DNA from: Paludibacteraceae bacterium
Lineage (GTDB): Bacteria; Bacillota_I; Bacilli_A; RFN20; CAG-288
Direction: 5' to 3'
NCBI GenBank assembly: GCA_963617725.1
Contig: CAVEQA010000003.1
Coordinates: forward strand, 1 to 35,242
DNA length: 35,242 nucleotides
Below, in pieces: positions 1-9,093 of this stretch. The position numbers were made by a program, and so were the translations under genes. How positions within the stretch are numbered: position 1 is the stretch's first letter; every line of letters begins with the position of its first letter. A model generated the notes under the pieces. The model was not told the origin of the DNA, ran no database searches, and saw only the letters and a list, made by a program, of their open reading frames with translations.

Positions 1-77
1 GTTTTAAAACCGAATTTTAAAACCTATGTTATCATTTTCTCGCTAGCGATAGCACAAAAGGTAAAAGGAGAATTTTT

Positions 78-1076
78 ATGAAAGTCTACAAGTTTAACAA
101 GCCATTATTATTGTCATTAGGTATTTTATCAGTAGGTTCACTCATCGGAGGTTATTTTGTAATCGACAAAGTCACCAAGCCAAAAGCAGACATTCCAGTC
201 CAAACTGAAATTGAAGAAGGAAATAATTTTAAGATCAAATATGCTTTTAATTCAACTTCTGACAAGTATGGCTGTTTTGAATTCACTTACAAAGTAACAC
301 CAGATGTTTATACAGATCAAATCTTAGCCAAACTGACTTATACTGATAACACTGAAGTCGATAATACCATTCTAAAGATGGAACATTTAAAAACTGAAAG
401 AAAAGTTAAAGTCCATTGTTTAGGAGTTTTCACAAAACAAGCTCAGGTGAAATTGTACGCAGAATCCAATGTTGAAGTATACTGTTTAGTAAAATTAGAT
501 TTCAGAGAAAAATTAACTGTAACACTTCCAAAAACTGTGACTATTGAACAAGGTAAAAAGCCTACAGTTGAAGTTGATATTCAAACAACCGGAGGTAGTA
601 AAACAGTATCAAAAGAACTAGAAAACCAAACTTACAATTTCAATCCAAAATTTTTAGAATGGTGCAGAAATCAAGCTACCTCCTATGTAAAAACAATGAC
701 TGATGAAATGAAGAAAAACTGTGATATCAAAAATGTTGTAATTGGTGAAAACGTCAATTTAACACAACCAAAATGCGCTGAAATTTTCACTACAAATTTC
801 GATGCTACTACCTTCCTTAAAACATTTGGTGTCAATTATTCATTTGATTATCATTATTCTGATGATGATGATCCAGATTATTCAACCGATTCAGGTGTCT
901 GGACACTAAACGAATTAAACTATGCCGCTTTCTCAGCAGAATTCGATGGCAGTCAACCAATTATCGACTACACTGTCAATGTCAATGGTGTCAAATACAG
1001 TCAATCTTTAGGTATTGTCTTGAGCAAAATTCCAGTCAAAGCAATAACTGCAAGCCCATTCGAATACACTTTCTAA
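78..1076 (+). CDS. hypothetical membrane-anchored or secreted protein, no recognisable domain
   Basis: 332-aa ORF. AAGGAG Shine-Dalgarno lies a few nt upstream of the ATG. N-terminal hydrophobic segment LLLSLGILSVGSLIGGYFVI. A hairpin terminator follows. Confidence 0.7.
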   Translation: MKVYKFNKPLLLSLGILSVGSLIGGYFVIDKVTKPKADIPVQTEIEEGNNFKIKYAFNSTSDKYGCFEFTYKVTPDVYTDQILAKLTYTDNTEVDNTILKMEHLKTERKVKVHCLGVFTKQAQVKLYAESNVEVYCLVKLDFREKLTVTLPKTVTIEQGKKPTVEVDIQTTGGSKTVSKELENQTYNFNPKFLEWCRNQATSYVKTMTDEMKKNCDIKNVVIGENVNLTQPKCAEIFTTNFDATTFLKTFGVNYSFDYHYSDDDDPDYSTDSGVWTLNELNYAAFSAEFDGSQPIIDYTVNVNGVKYSQSLGIVLSKIPVKAITASPFEYTF

Positions 1077-1133
1077 ATCGCTAATCAAATTCTATATATA
1101 ATTTCCAAACTCTCATTCTCAAATTCCATCCCA

Positions 1134-1167
1134 AAATAGTCAGCTGATTGCTGACTATTTCTTTTTT
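1134..1167. terminator. bidirectional intrinsic terminator between convergent genes
   Basis: AAATAGTCAGC / GCTGACTATTT 11-bp stem with TGATT loop. A-run upstream and CTTTTTT downstream. Confidence 0.8.
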
Positions 1168-1173
1168 ATAAGA

Positions 1174-2136
1174 TCAACCATTGATCAAATATTCTTTTTC
1201 TCTATCACTTAATTTGATTTCTATTGCTTTTACGTTTTCAGATATTCGTCTAGCACTTGAAAAATTGACTATAGCTCTTGTATTGAAATCTTGATTTAGA
1301 ACATAAGCAAGAGATAATTGAGCAACACTTACACCTTTCTCTTTAGCTAGGTTTTCACATCTTTTCAATATTTCAAGATTATTCTGAGAGAAATATGCAG
1401 TTTTAGAAAAATGAGAAAGATTCTTTTTAAAATTCTTATCATCATGATTATATTTACCAGCCATAAATCCATCAGCTAATGATGAATAACATAAATTTAT
1501 AATACCATTCTCTTTTAGGTATTTCCTATCTTCAAAATGAGAATCACCTGTGATTGTTTTACTTCCATTATGCCATGGGTCTTTATTTCTGATAGCTAAT
1601 GAAAATTGTGGTTCATTCACTTTGAACGGTTCTAAGGAATGATAAATGGCGTATTCATTTGCTTCTTTGATGCGGTCTACACTCCAATTGCTGACTCCAA
1701 TAAGTCTTGTATATCCTTTTTCTAAAATCTCATTCATAAATGTGATGATTTCTTTAGCATCAACATTTTCATCATCTCTATGCAATAAAAGAACATCAAC
1801 ATAACTCGTATTTAAAGCCTTCAACGAAGATTCAATATCATTAAATGCTGCTTTTTTACTTACTCTTTTAAAGATTCCGTAAAGCGGATGACAGCATTTT
1901 GTGATGATAGTGACTTTATCTCTATCCAACCATTTTAAATATGAGGAAAAGTTTTCTTCTGCTTTTCCATTTCCGTAGACCCTTCCCAAATCAAAAGTCA
2001 AAAGATTGTTTTCTTTGAGTTTTTCAAAAAAATCTTCGTCATAGAGTCCGTTTATCATTTGATAGCTTGAACCACCGACAATCAAAGGACTAAAAGAAAT
2101 AGAATTACTATTTTTATCTTTAACAATTAAATTCAT
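1174..2136 (-). CDS. aldo/keto reductase family oxidoreductase
   Basis: AKR-like motifs in the translation (LLHRDD, GVSNW, LAYVL). TGA stop at 1174-1176. The ORF track starts at a TTG at 2160, but that codon lies inside the upstream terminator hairpin, so ATG at 2136 (MNLIVKDK...) is preferred. The start remains uncertain. Confidence 0.8.
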   Translation of the reverse strand: MNLIVKDKNSNSISFSPLIVGGSSYQMINGLYDEDFFEKLKENNLLTFDLGRVYGNGKAEENFSSYLKWLDRDKVTIITKCCHPLYGIFKRVSKKAAFNDIESSLKALNTSYVDVLLLHRDDENVDAKEIITFMNEILEKGYTRLIGVSNWSVDRIKEANEYAIYHSLEPFKVNEPQFSLAIRNKDPWHNGSKTITGDSHFEDRKYLKENGIINLCYSSLADGFMAGKYNHDDKNFKKNLSHFSKTAYFSQNNLEILKRCENLAKEKGVSVAQLSLAYVLNQDFNTRAIVNFSSARRISENVKAIEIKLSDREKEYLING

Positions 2137-2145
2137 ACGTTTTCC

Positions 2146-2170
2146 AAAAAAGGCATCCAAACGAATGCCT
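2146..2170 (-). terminator. intrinsic terminator after the aminopeptidase gene
   Basis: On the - strand: AGGCAU-UCGUUUGG-AUGCCU followed by UUUUU, 14 nt after the stop at 2184. Confidence 0.6.
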
Positions 2171-2183
2171 TTATATTTATATT

Positions 2184-3545
2184 TTATGCTTTTAAGAAAG
2201 CTTTATAAGCTAAATAAGCTTCATATACATCAGCTTTAGAAACAAGTTCCATCGGAGCATGCATTGATAAAACTGGAACACCAGCATCGAGAACATACAT
2301 GTTGTAATTTCCTAAGATATATGCGATAGTTCCACCACCACCTTGATCAACTTTTCCAATTTCAGATGTTTGATAATGAATTCCATTGCTATCCATTGCA
2401 TTTCTGACAAATGCTAAAAATTCTGGCATAGCATCATTGCAACCACTCTTACCTCTCGCACCTGTGTATTTATTGAATACGATACCTTTAGAGAAGTAGC
2501 AAGAATTATTTGGTTCATTTGCAGAAGGATAAATAGGATCAACAGCGCATGAAACATCGCTAGAAAGCATCTTAGTATTAGTCATTGCATGTCTTAAAGC
2601 AAGAAGTGAAGTCTTACCTTGAAGATTTAACATTTCAGCGACAACATTTTCAAACCACATACTTTGAGCACCAGTAGCACCAATAGACCCTACTTCTTCT
2701 TTATCAACTAAAACAGCAACAGTTGTGTATTTAGCTTTGCCAGCATCTAAAACAGCTTTAAATGATGTGAAAGCACAAACTCTATCATCATGTCCGTAAC
2801 CAGCAACCATTGAACGATCAATTCCGTAATCTCTTGCTGGGCCTGCTGGAACAGCGACAAGCTCACTAGAAAGGAAGTCTTCTTCTTCAAAATCATATTT
2901 TTCTTTAAGCAATTTTAAGATGTATGACTTTTCAGCATCTTTATTATTATCAAGTGGAATGTTTCCAACAGTAATATCTAAATCTTCACCTTCAATAGCT
3001 TTCCCTAATGGTTTTGACATTTGGTCTTGTGATAAATGAATTAATAAATCAGTGATTCCGACAACAGGATCGTTTATATCTTCACCGATTGAAACTTCAA
3101 TACAGCTACCATCCTTTTTATAAACAACACCATGTAATGCAAGAGGAATAGTTGTATATTGATATTTTTTAATACCACCATAATAATGAGTTTCAAACAT
3201 TGCAAATCCACCCTTTTCAAATAATGGATTTTGTTTGATATCAAGACGTGGAGAATCGATATGAGCACCTAAAACTCTCATGCCTTCTTCAATGCTTTCA
3301 TCACCAATGACAGCAGCTAAGAAATTCTTTGCTTTATTGACAGCATAAACCTTATCACCTGGTTTTAATGTTTTAAAAGTGGATAATTCTTTAAAACCAT
3401 TTTCTTCTGCCATCTTAATTGCTTCTTTAACAACAAGTCTTTCTGTCTTTCCATAACTCAAAAAATCTTTGTATTCATCGTTGAAATCAAAGATTTCTTT
3501 TTTCTTATTCTCATCAGCATCTAACCAAATGTTTTTAGCGTACAT
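2184..3545 (-). CDS. M18-family (aspartyl/aminopeptidase 1-like) zinc aminopeptidase
   Basis: 453-aa ORF with GAHIDSPRLD, HDDRVC, DKEEVGS and SMHAPMEL metal-binding-type motifs typical of M18 aminopeptidases. AAGGAGG SD upstream. Confidence 0.85.
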   Translation of the reverse strand: MYAKNIWLDADENKKKEIFDFNDEYKDFLSYGKTERLVVKEAIKMAEENGFKELSTFKTLKPGDKVYAVNKAKNFLAAVIGDESIEEGMRVLGAHIDSPRLDIKQNPLFEKGGFAMFETHYYGGIKKYQYTTIPLALHGVVYKKDGSCIEVSIGEDINDPVVGITDLLIHLSQDQMSKPLGKAIEGEDLDITVGNIPLDNNKDAEKSYILKLLKEKYDFEEEDFLSSELVAVPAGPARDYGIDRSMVAGYGHDDRVCAFTSFKAVLDAGKAKYTTVAVLVDKEEVGSIGATGAQSMWFENVVAEMLNLQGKTSLLALRHAMTNTKMLSSDVSCAVDPIYPSANEPNNSCYFSKGIVFNKYTGARGKSGCNDAMPEFLAFVRNAMDSNGIHYQTSEIGKVDQGGGGTIAYILGNYNMYVLDAGVPVLSMHAPMELVSKADVYEAYLAYKAFLKA

Positions 3546-3600
3546 ACATTTACCTCCTTAAAATATACATTTAATTTTGATTGATTTTCTAATTAATAGA

Positions 3601-4146
3601 TCATTTATCTTCGTCATTTTTAGAACTGACTTCTTTTAACTTTTTCATAAAGTCATCTTCTTTAACTTCAGATATTTCTTCAGTTTCTTTCTTTAGTTCT
3701 TCTTCCTTTTTCAATTCTTCAAGAAGCATCGGTTGAGGTTTGAAATAATGATAAACACCTTCAAAAAGATAGACAAAAGCTAAATAGCAGAATAGATAAC
3801 CCACGAATGTCTCATGAAGGTTCACAGTGTTTTCAAATCCCCAAATAAAGGTGAGGATATTTACAACGAAAACAGAGACACCAGCAGGAAACGCTAATAT
3901 TTTATCAACAATAGACCATTTTTTTTTTCTTTTTTTACTGAAGATAGTCCAAAACAAATCAAAAATGATAAATAAACTTCCTGCAGTCGAAACATAAATT
4001 AAAACTTTTCTAAAAGTACCTTTGATCGGTATTATATCAACTAAAATTAAAATTCCCAATATCAAAAATAAAGCCATAAAGACTAAATATTCGATTGTCA
4101 ATATCATTTTTTCTTTGAACAACGGATCTTTATTTTTCTCTTCCAT
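3601..4146 (-). CDS. hypothetical integral membrane protein with acidic/lysine-rich C-terminal tail
   Basis: 181-aa ORF with about 4 hydrophobic segments, then EELKKEEELKKETEEISEVKEDD. Weak AAAGG SD. Confidence 0.65.
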   Translation of the reverse strand: MEEKNKDPLFKEKMILTIEYLVFMALFLILGILILVDIIPIKGTFRKVLIYVSTAGSLFIIFDLFWTIFSKKRKKKWSIVDKILAFPAGVSVFVVNILTFIWGFENTVNLHETFVGYLFCYLAFVYLFEGVYHYFKPQPMLLEELKKEEELKKETEEISEVKEDDFMKKLKEVSSKNDEDK

Positions 4147-4229
4147 TACTGCTTATCCTTTCTTTTATATAAATCTAAAAAAGATATTTTTAATTATTTT
4201 AGATTCAAACAATTAACATTTATATTGAT

Positions 4230-5306
4230 TTGAATTACAATCATAACGAAATGAAATTTATCGAATATAAACATACCTTAGCACTATATCACAAAATCAA
4301 AGAAGATTTAAACAAAATAGGTTTTATTATCACTATTATTGTACAAATTTTCTTGTTTTTTTATTATTCATATTCAATATACGTTCATCATTTATCAATC
4401 GTCTATACAGTTCTTTATTCAATACTTTTAACAATCTCAATATTAGTATTTAGTGAAGAATGTATATTCCAATATAAAAAAAGAAAAGAAAAAAATAAAG
4501 AATTGAAAATCGACCATAAAAAGAAAAGAAATGTATTAAAGATAATCTCATTGATAAGCAAAGTATCTCTATTGAGCATTTCTTTAATTCCAATCATTCA
4601 AAACAAGGTCAGTGATTTTGATAAAGTTATGACCTTAGCTCTTGCAATCTTATTAGTATTTCAATTCTCATTTATCTTCATTTCATTTGAATTGAACAAA
4701 TATTTAAATTGGTTGAAAAAGGCTTTGGAATTAGATTATCGAGAATCTTCTTTTATTGTGAAAGGTGCGAATAAGTCTTTTTCAGATAAGTTGCACAACT
4801 TTGCAAATTCATTAAGAGAAGAAAACGAAGATACAGAATTTTTAAATGTAATAAACGACCAATTAGCCATTGATGAAGAAGAAAGAAAAGATAAAAAAGA
4901 AAAAGAAAAAAGAAAAAGAAAAAAACAAAGATCAGAAGATATCTCTACAATAAAAGAACACTTAAAAAATAAATTTGTTTCTAAAAAAATAAGTGATGAA
5001 AAAATTATAAATTCATATAAAAAAGAACAACGAATTACTAAACAACTTATTTCAAACCAAAAAAATTATGATAAATTCTTAAACGAATTTAATAAAAAAA
5101 TCGAAGGCGATAAACTTCCTGATGATATAAATTATCTAAAAGAATATCCAACATTATTAAATAGTTCTAACATTACAACTGATGAAAAAGAAATGATGAT
5201 AATAGAAATGCATTATTATTTACATCCTTTGGTTTCAAATACTATCAGTACAGAAGACAATTTAAAAATACATAATATCAATCAAGGGAGAAAGCAAAGC
5301 AAATAA
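4230..5306 (+). CDS. hypothetical membrane protein with long Lys/Glu-rich cytoplasmic domain
   Basis: 358-aa ORF with N-terminal hydrophobic segments followed by a charged, coiled-coil-like region (EEERKDKKEKEKRKRKKQRSED). The track start is TTG at 4230; ATG at 4251 is an alternative. No clear SD for either. Confidence 0.6.
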   Translation: MNYNHNEMKFIEYKHTLALYHKIKEDLNKIGFIITIIVQIFLFFYYSYSIYVHHLSIVYTVLYSILLTISILVFSEECIFQYKKRKEKNKELKIDHKKKRNVLKIISLISKVSLLSISLIPIIQNKVSDFDKVMTLALAILLVFQFSFIFISFELNKYLNWLKKALELDYRESSFIVKGANKSFSDKLHNFANSLREENEDTEFLNVINDQLAIDEEERKDKKEKEKRKRKKQRSEDISTIKEHLKNKFVSKKISDEKIINSYKKEQRITKQLISNQKNYDKFLNEFNKKIEGDKLPDDINYLKEYPTLLNSSNITTDEKEMMIIEMHYYLHPLVSNTISTEDNLKIHNINQGRKQSK

Positions 5307-5318
5307 TATAAATTTCCT

Positions 5319-5346
5319 TTGACATTTATTTTTAAAATCTTATAAT
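5319..5346 (+). promoter_or_regulatory. sigma-70-type promoter of the metK leader
   Basis: TTGACA (5319-5324), 16-nt spacer, TATAAT (5341-5346), immediately upstream of the riboswitch. Confidence 0.7.
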
Positions 5347-5352
5347 AATTGA

Positions 5353-5438
5353 GCTCATCAAGAGATTGGCGAGGGACTAAGCCCATTGACCCAACAGCAA
5401 CCTGCAATCGTAAGGTGCTAAAGCTTAGAACGATGGAT
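5353..5438 (+). promoter_or_regulatory. SAM-I (S-box) riboswitch aptamer
   Basis: CUCAUCAAGAG...GAGGGACUAAGCCCAUUGACCCAACAGCAACC...GGUGCUAAAGC...GAUGG matches the S-box core (AUCAAGAG, GAGGGA, GCCC, GCAACC, GUGCUAA). It sits upstream of metK. Confidence 0.9.
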
Positions 5439-5450
5439 AAAAAGAAATTC

Positions 5451-5475
5451 AATCCATCGAAAGATGGATTTTTTT
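5451..5475 (+). terminator. SAM riboswitch expression-platform terminator
   Basis: AAUCCAUC-GAAA-GAUGGAUU 8-bp stem plus U5. Its 5' arm can instead pair perfectly with 5431-5438 (CGAUGGAU), giving an antiterminator that overlaps the P1 3' strand. Confidence 0.9.
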
Positions 5476-5495
5476 AATTCATCAGAAAGGAAAAC

Positions 5496-6677
5496 ATGAA
5501 TAAATTATTAAATCTTTTCACTTCTGAAAGTGTTTCAGAAGGACATCCTGACAAAGTATGCGATCGTATCAGTGATGCAATTCTTGATGCTTGTCTAAGC
5601 CAAGACCCACTCTCAAGAACTGCAGTTGAGACAATGGCAACAAGAGAGAAAATCATCATCTCAGGAGAAGTTACTACTAAAGCTAAAATCGATTACGAAA
5701 AAATCGCAAGAGATGTAGTCAGAGAAATCGGTTACACCTCCAGTGAAAAAGGAATCGGTGCTGACTCAATGAGTGTTGAAGTTTACATAAGAGAACAATC
5801 ACCTGACATCGCTCAAGGTGTAAATTCTTCATTCGATAAACACTCTATCGGTGCTGGTGACCAAGGTATTATGTTCGGTTATGCTACAAATGAAACTGAA
5901 AACTATATGCCACTTCCGATTGTCATGTCACACAAATTAGTTCGTAAAGCAACTGAACTTAGAAAAGCTGGAAAATTAGATTTTGCAAGACCAGATATGA
6001 AATCCCAAGTGACAATCGATTATACAAACGAGAAACCAAAACTCAATGCTGTTGTATTCTCTTGTCAACACGAACCAGAATATTCAATGGAACATATTCG
6101 TGCTGAATTATTGAATAAAGTCATCTATCCTGTCATCGATTCTTTTAAACTTGATAGAACAAATACTGATCAATATTACATCAATCCAACCGGTAGATTT
6201 GAAATCGGTGGTCCTCTTGGAGATACTGGTCTCACTGGAAGAAAAATCATTGTCGATACTTATGGTGGTTCTGCACCTCATGGTGGTGGTGCTTTCTCAG
6301 GAAAAGATCCAACTAAGGTCGATAGAAGTGCTGCCTATGCAGCTCGTCACGCTGCTTTAAATATCGTAGCAGCTGGTTTATGTGATAGATGTTTGATTCA
6401 ACTCAGTTATGCTATCGGTGTATCCGAACCTGTCAGTATCAATATCGAAACATATGGAACTGAAAAAATAGACAAGAGCCTAATTCTCAAAGCCTTATTA
6501 AATGAAGAAATTTTTGATTTCACACCAGGTGGTATCATCGAAAGATTTTCTTTATTACACCCAACCTTCCATTATCAAGATTTAGCTGCTTATGGACATT
6601 TTGGAAGACCAGATTTAAATCTTCCATGGGAAAAGAGAGATAAAGTTGAGCTTTTAAAAGAATTCGTCAGCAAATAA
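5496..6677 (+). CDS. metK: S-adenosylmethionine synthetase
   Basis: 393-aa ORF with SEGHPDKVCD, GAGDQGIMFGYA and GGGAFSGKDPTKVDRS signature motifs. Confidence 0.97.
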   Translation: MNKLLNLFTSESVSEGHPDKVCDRISDAILDACLSQDPLSRTAVETMATREKIIISGEVTTKAKIDYEKIARDVVREIGYTSSEKGIGADSMSVEVYIREQSPDIAQGVNSSFDKHSIGAGDQGIMFGYATNETENYMPLPIVMSHKLVRKATELRKAGKLDFARPDMKSQVTIDYTNEKPKLNAVVFSCQHEPEYSMEHIRAELLNKVIYPVIDSFKLDRTNTDQYYINPTGRFEIGGPLGDTGLTGRKIIVDTYGGSAPHGGGAFSGKDPTKVDRSAAYAARHAALNIVAAGLCDRCLIQLSYAIGVSEPVSINIETYGTEKIDKSLILKALLNEEIFDFTPGGIIERFSLLHPTFHYQDLAAYGHFGRPDLNLPWEKRDKVELLKEFVSK

Positions 6678-6861
6678 GTCTGAATATTTTTCCTAAAAAT
6701 TTATAGATTTTTAACAAATTTTATAATTTTTATTTATTTTTATTTCAAATTTTCAGTTTATCTTTTATAATGTTACTAAGAAAAGAGTGCTTGGTAATTT
6801 TGTATGACCTCTTTTCATTATAAAGATAATAAATTCTAACATAAAAATTCCTTTTGCTCTT

Positions 6862-6895
6862 TGTAGGGTAAGATTATTCTTATCCTACATTTTTA
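6862..6895 (+). terminator. intrinsic terminator (distal metK terminator or attenuator of a glyA leader)
   Basis: TGTAGGGTAAG-loop-CTTATCCTACA stem followed by TTTTT. It lies 185 nt after the metK stop and 67 nt before the glyA ATG. Confidence 0.7.
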
Positions 6896-6961
6896 TTTGA
6901 ATTATTTTTCTAACTTTCATTTTATTATGTTATTCTATTACATATTATTGAGGCACATAAT

Positions 6962-8218
6962 ATGATAGACAACAGAGAATTATTTCAAGAAGATCAAGAA
7001 GCCTATGAAATTTTGGCTAAAGAAAGAAATAGACAAGAGGAAAATATCGAACTTATCGCATCTGAAAATTATGTTTCAAATGCAGTAAGAGAAGCTAATG
7101 GTTCAATTTTCACAAACAAATACGCCGAAGGATATCCAGGAAAGAGATATTATGGTGGTTGTGAATTCATCGATCAAGGAGAAATGCTTGCTATCAATCG
7201 TTTAAAACAGTTATACAACTGTGAATGGGCTAATGTTCAACCACATTCTGGAAGTCAAGCAAATATGGAAGTCTACAAAGCCCTATTACAAAATGGTGAT
7301 AGAATCCTTGGTATGTCATTAGATAGCGGTGGACATTTAACTCACGGATATAGATTTTCTTTCTCTGGAAGAGATTATGAGTCTTTCTCCTATGGAGTAG
7401 ATAAAAACACTGGTCTTATCGATTACGACGAAGTTAATAAAATAGCTTTAGAAGTAAAACCAAAGCTGATTGTTTGTGGTGCTAGCGCCTATCCAAGATT
7501 TATTGATTTTAAGAAATTCAGAGAAATCGCTGATAGTGTTAACGCTTATTTAATGGTAGATATGGCACACATCGCTGGTTTAGTTGCAGCTAATGAACAT
7601 CCTTCACCGCTACCATATGCTGATGTTGTAACTTCAACAACCCATAAAACATTACGTGGACCAAGAGGTGGAATCATAGTTTCAAATAATTTAGAAATTG
7701 GGAAAGCAATTGATAAATCAGTATTCCCACGTTGTCAAGGTGGACCACTTGAAAATACTATCTTAGCAAAAGCCGTTTGTTTTAAAGAAGCATTACAAGA
7801 TGATTTTAAAATTTACGCAAGTCAAATAGTCAAGAATGCAAAAGCACTAGCTGAATCTTTAAAACACGAAGGAGTAGGCATCATCACCGATGGTACTGAT
7901 AATCATCTTCTTTTAATCGATGTAAAATCACGTTTTAATGTAACAGGATTAGAGGCCCAAAAACTACTTGAAGAATGCAATATCACAACTAATAAAAATG
8001 CGATTCCAAACGATAGTGAAAAACCAGCCTATACTTCTGGATTGAGACTTGGAACTCCAGCTATGACAACTCGTGGATATAAGGAAAAAGAATTTATATT
8101 AGTTGGAAAACTTATAACTGAAGTATTGAAGAATCCAAATGATGAAACTATCAAAGAAAATGTAAAAGCTCAAGTTCACGAACTTAACAAAAAATTCCCA
8201 CTCCCATACGAAAGATAA
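6962..8218 (+). CDS. glyA: serine hydroxymethyltransferase
   Basis: 418-aa ORF with the [15 protein letters not shown]-lysine motif and SHMT-typical LIASENY and GGHLTHG. Confidence 0.97.
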   Translation: MIDNRELFQEDQEAYEILAKERNRQEENIELIASENYVSNAVREANGSIFTNKYAEGYPGKRYYGGCEFIDQGEMLAINRLKQLYNCEWANVQPHSGSQANMEVYKALLQNGDRILGMSLDSGGHLTHGYRFSFSGRDYESFSYGVDKNTGLIDYDEVNKIALEVKPKLIVCGASAYPRFIDFKKFREIADSVNAYLMVDMAHIAGLVAANEHPSPLPYADVVTSTTHKTLRGPRGGIIVSNNLEIGKAIDKSVFPRCQGGPLENTILAKAVCFKEALQDDFKIYASQIVKNAKALAESLKHEGVGIITDGTDNHLLLIDVKSRFNVTGLEAQKLLEECNITTNKNAIPNDSEKPAYTSGLRLGTPAMTTRGYKEKEFILVGKLITEVLKNPNDETIKENVKAQVHELNKKFPLPYER

Positions 8219-8225
8219 AAACAAA

Positions 8226-9041
8226 ATGACAATTTCAAACTTTTTCAAAAAAAATAAGACAGTTTTAATGTTGCTCATTCCTATGATATCGATTTACGTT
8301 TTATTCAATTATTTACCTATTAAAACATGGATAAATAGTGAATGGAAATATTTAACACTAAAATTATGTCTCTACCTATCAATGTCTATTTTTTCAATCA
8401 TCTATAAGAAAAAGAAAGATATAGAATTAGATAGACCATTCTGTCAAATCAATTATTTATATTTGATTCCTTTATTGATTCCTTGCTTTGCAAACCTCAT
8501 CTATATGCTGATAAGAGAAGAAGGAGTTGATGGAAAATTCGAATACATCATGATTTACGATTTGGTTGTTGATGCATTTGGATCAATCATAGAAGACTTG
8601 TTATTCGTTGATTTTATGATTTATTTTCTTCTCAACAACCTCAAATGTAAAAATCAAAATGCGATTGCAGTAGTCATATCAGGAATCATATTTATGGCTG
8701 CACACTGTTATTCATTTTTGGACTTTTCACCCCAAGTTGCCATATTGAGACTAGTATTTGTCGCTTTACTAACAATGGAATGTGGATACTTAGCTATTTT
8801 CTTTGATTCGTTCCTCATTCCCGTAATCTTCCATTTCTTATTCAACGCCATCAACTACATCATCTTCGATTTCTTCTATTATGTAGAAGTAAGTGAAATT
8901 TATTACGCATTCAATTTCCTCATTGCTATCATGGCTTCTAATTATGTCATCGTCCTTTGGCATTTATCTGAACTACAACATTTCAGAGAAAAACATACAC
9001 ATAAAGTTATTGAAGAAAAGAAGGATGAAATCGAAAAATAG
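8226..9041 (+). CDS. CPBP-family (CAAX protease/Abi-like) intramembrane protein
   Basis: 271-aa polytopic ORF. Motif 2 is FMAAH and motif 3 is HFLFN. Motif 1 is IIEDLLFVDF, which deviates from EExxxR. Confidence 0.7.
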   Translation: MTISNFFKKNKTVLMLLIPMISIYVLFNYLPIKTWINSEWKYLTLKLCLYLSMSIFSIIYKKKKDIELDRPFCQINYLYLIPLLIPCFANLIYMLIREEGVDGKFEYIMIYDLVVDAFGSIIEDLLFVDFMIYFLLNNLKCKNQNAIAVVISGIIFMAAHCYSFLDFSPQVAILRLVFVALLTMECGYLAIFFDSFLIPVIFHFLFNAINYIIFDFFYYVEVSEIYYAFNFLIAIMASNYVIVLWHLSELQHFREKHTHKVIEEKKDEIEK

Positions 9042-9065
9042 ACTGCATTTGCAGTCTATTTTTTA
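9036..9065. terminator. bidirectional intrinsic terminator between the CPBP gene and polC
   Basis: AAATAGACTGC-ATTT-GCAGTCTATTT stem flanked by an A-run and a T-run. Confidence 0.8.
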
Positions 9066-9093
9066 TTAACATCTTATTTATTAAGTTTAAACT

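Noticed and set aside
1-26. 10-bp palindrome GTTTTAAAAC and direct repeat TTTTAAAACC at the very start of the window.
   Set aside because: It is AT-only, short and cut by the window edge, so it cannot be interpreted without upstream sequence.
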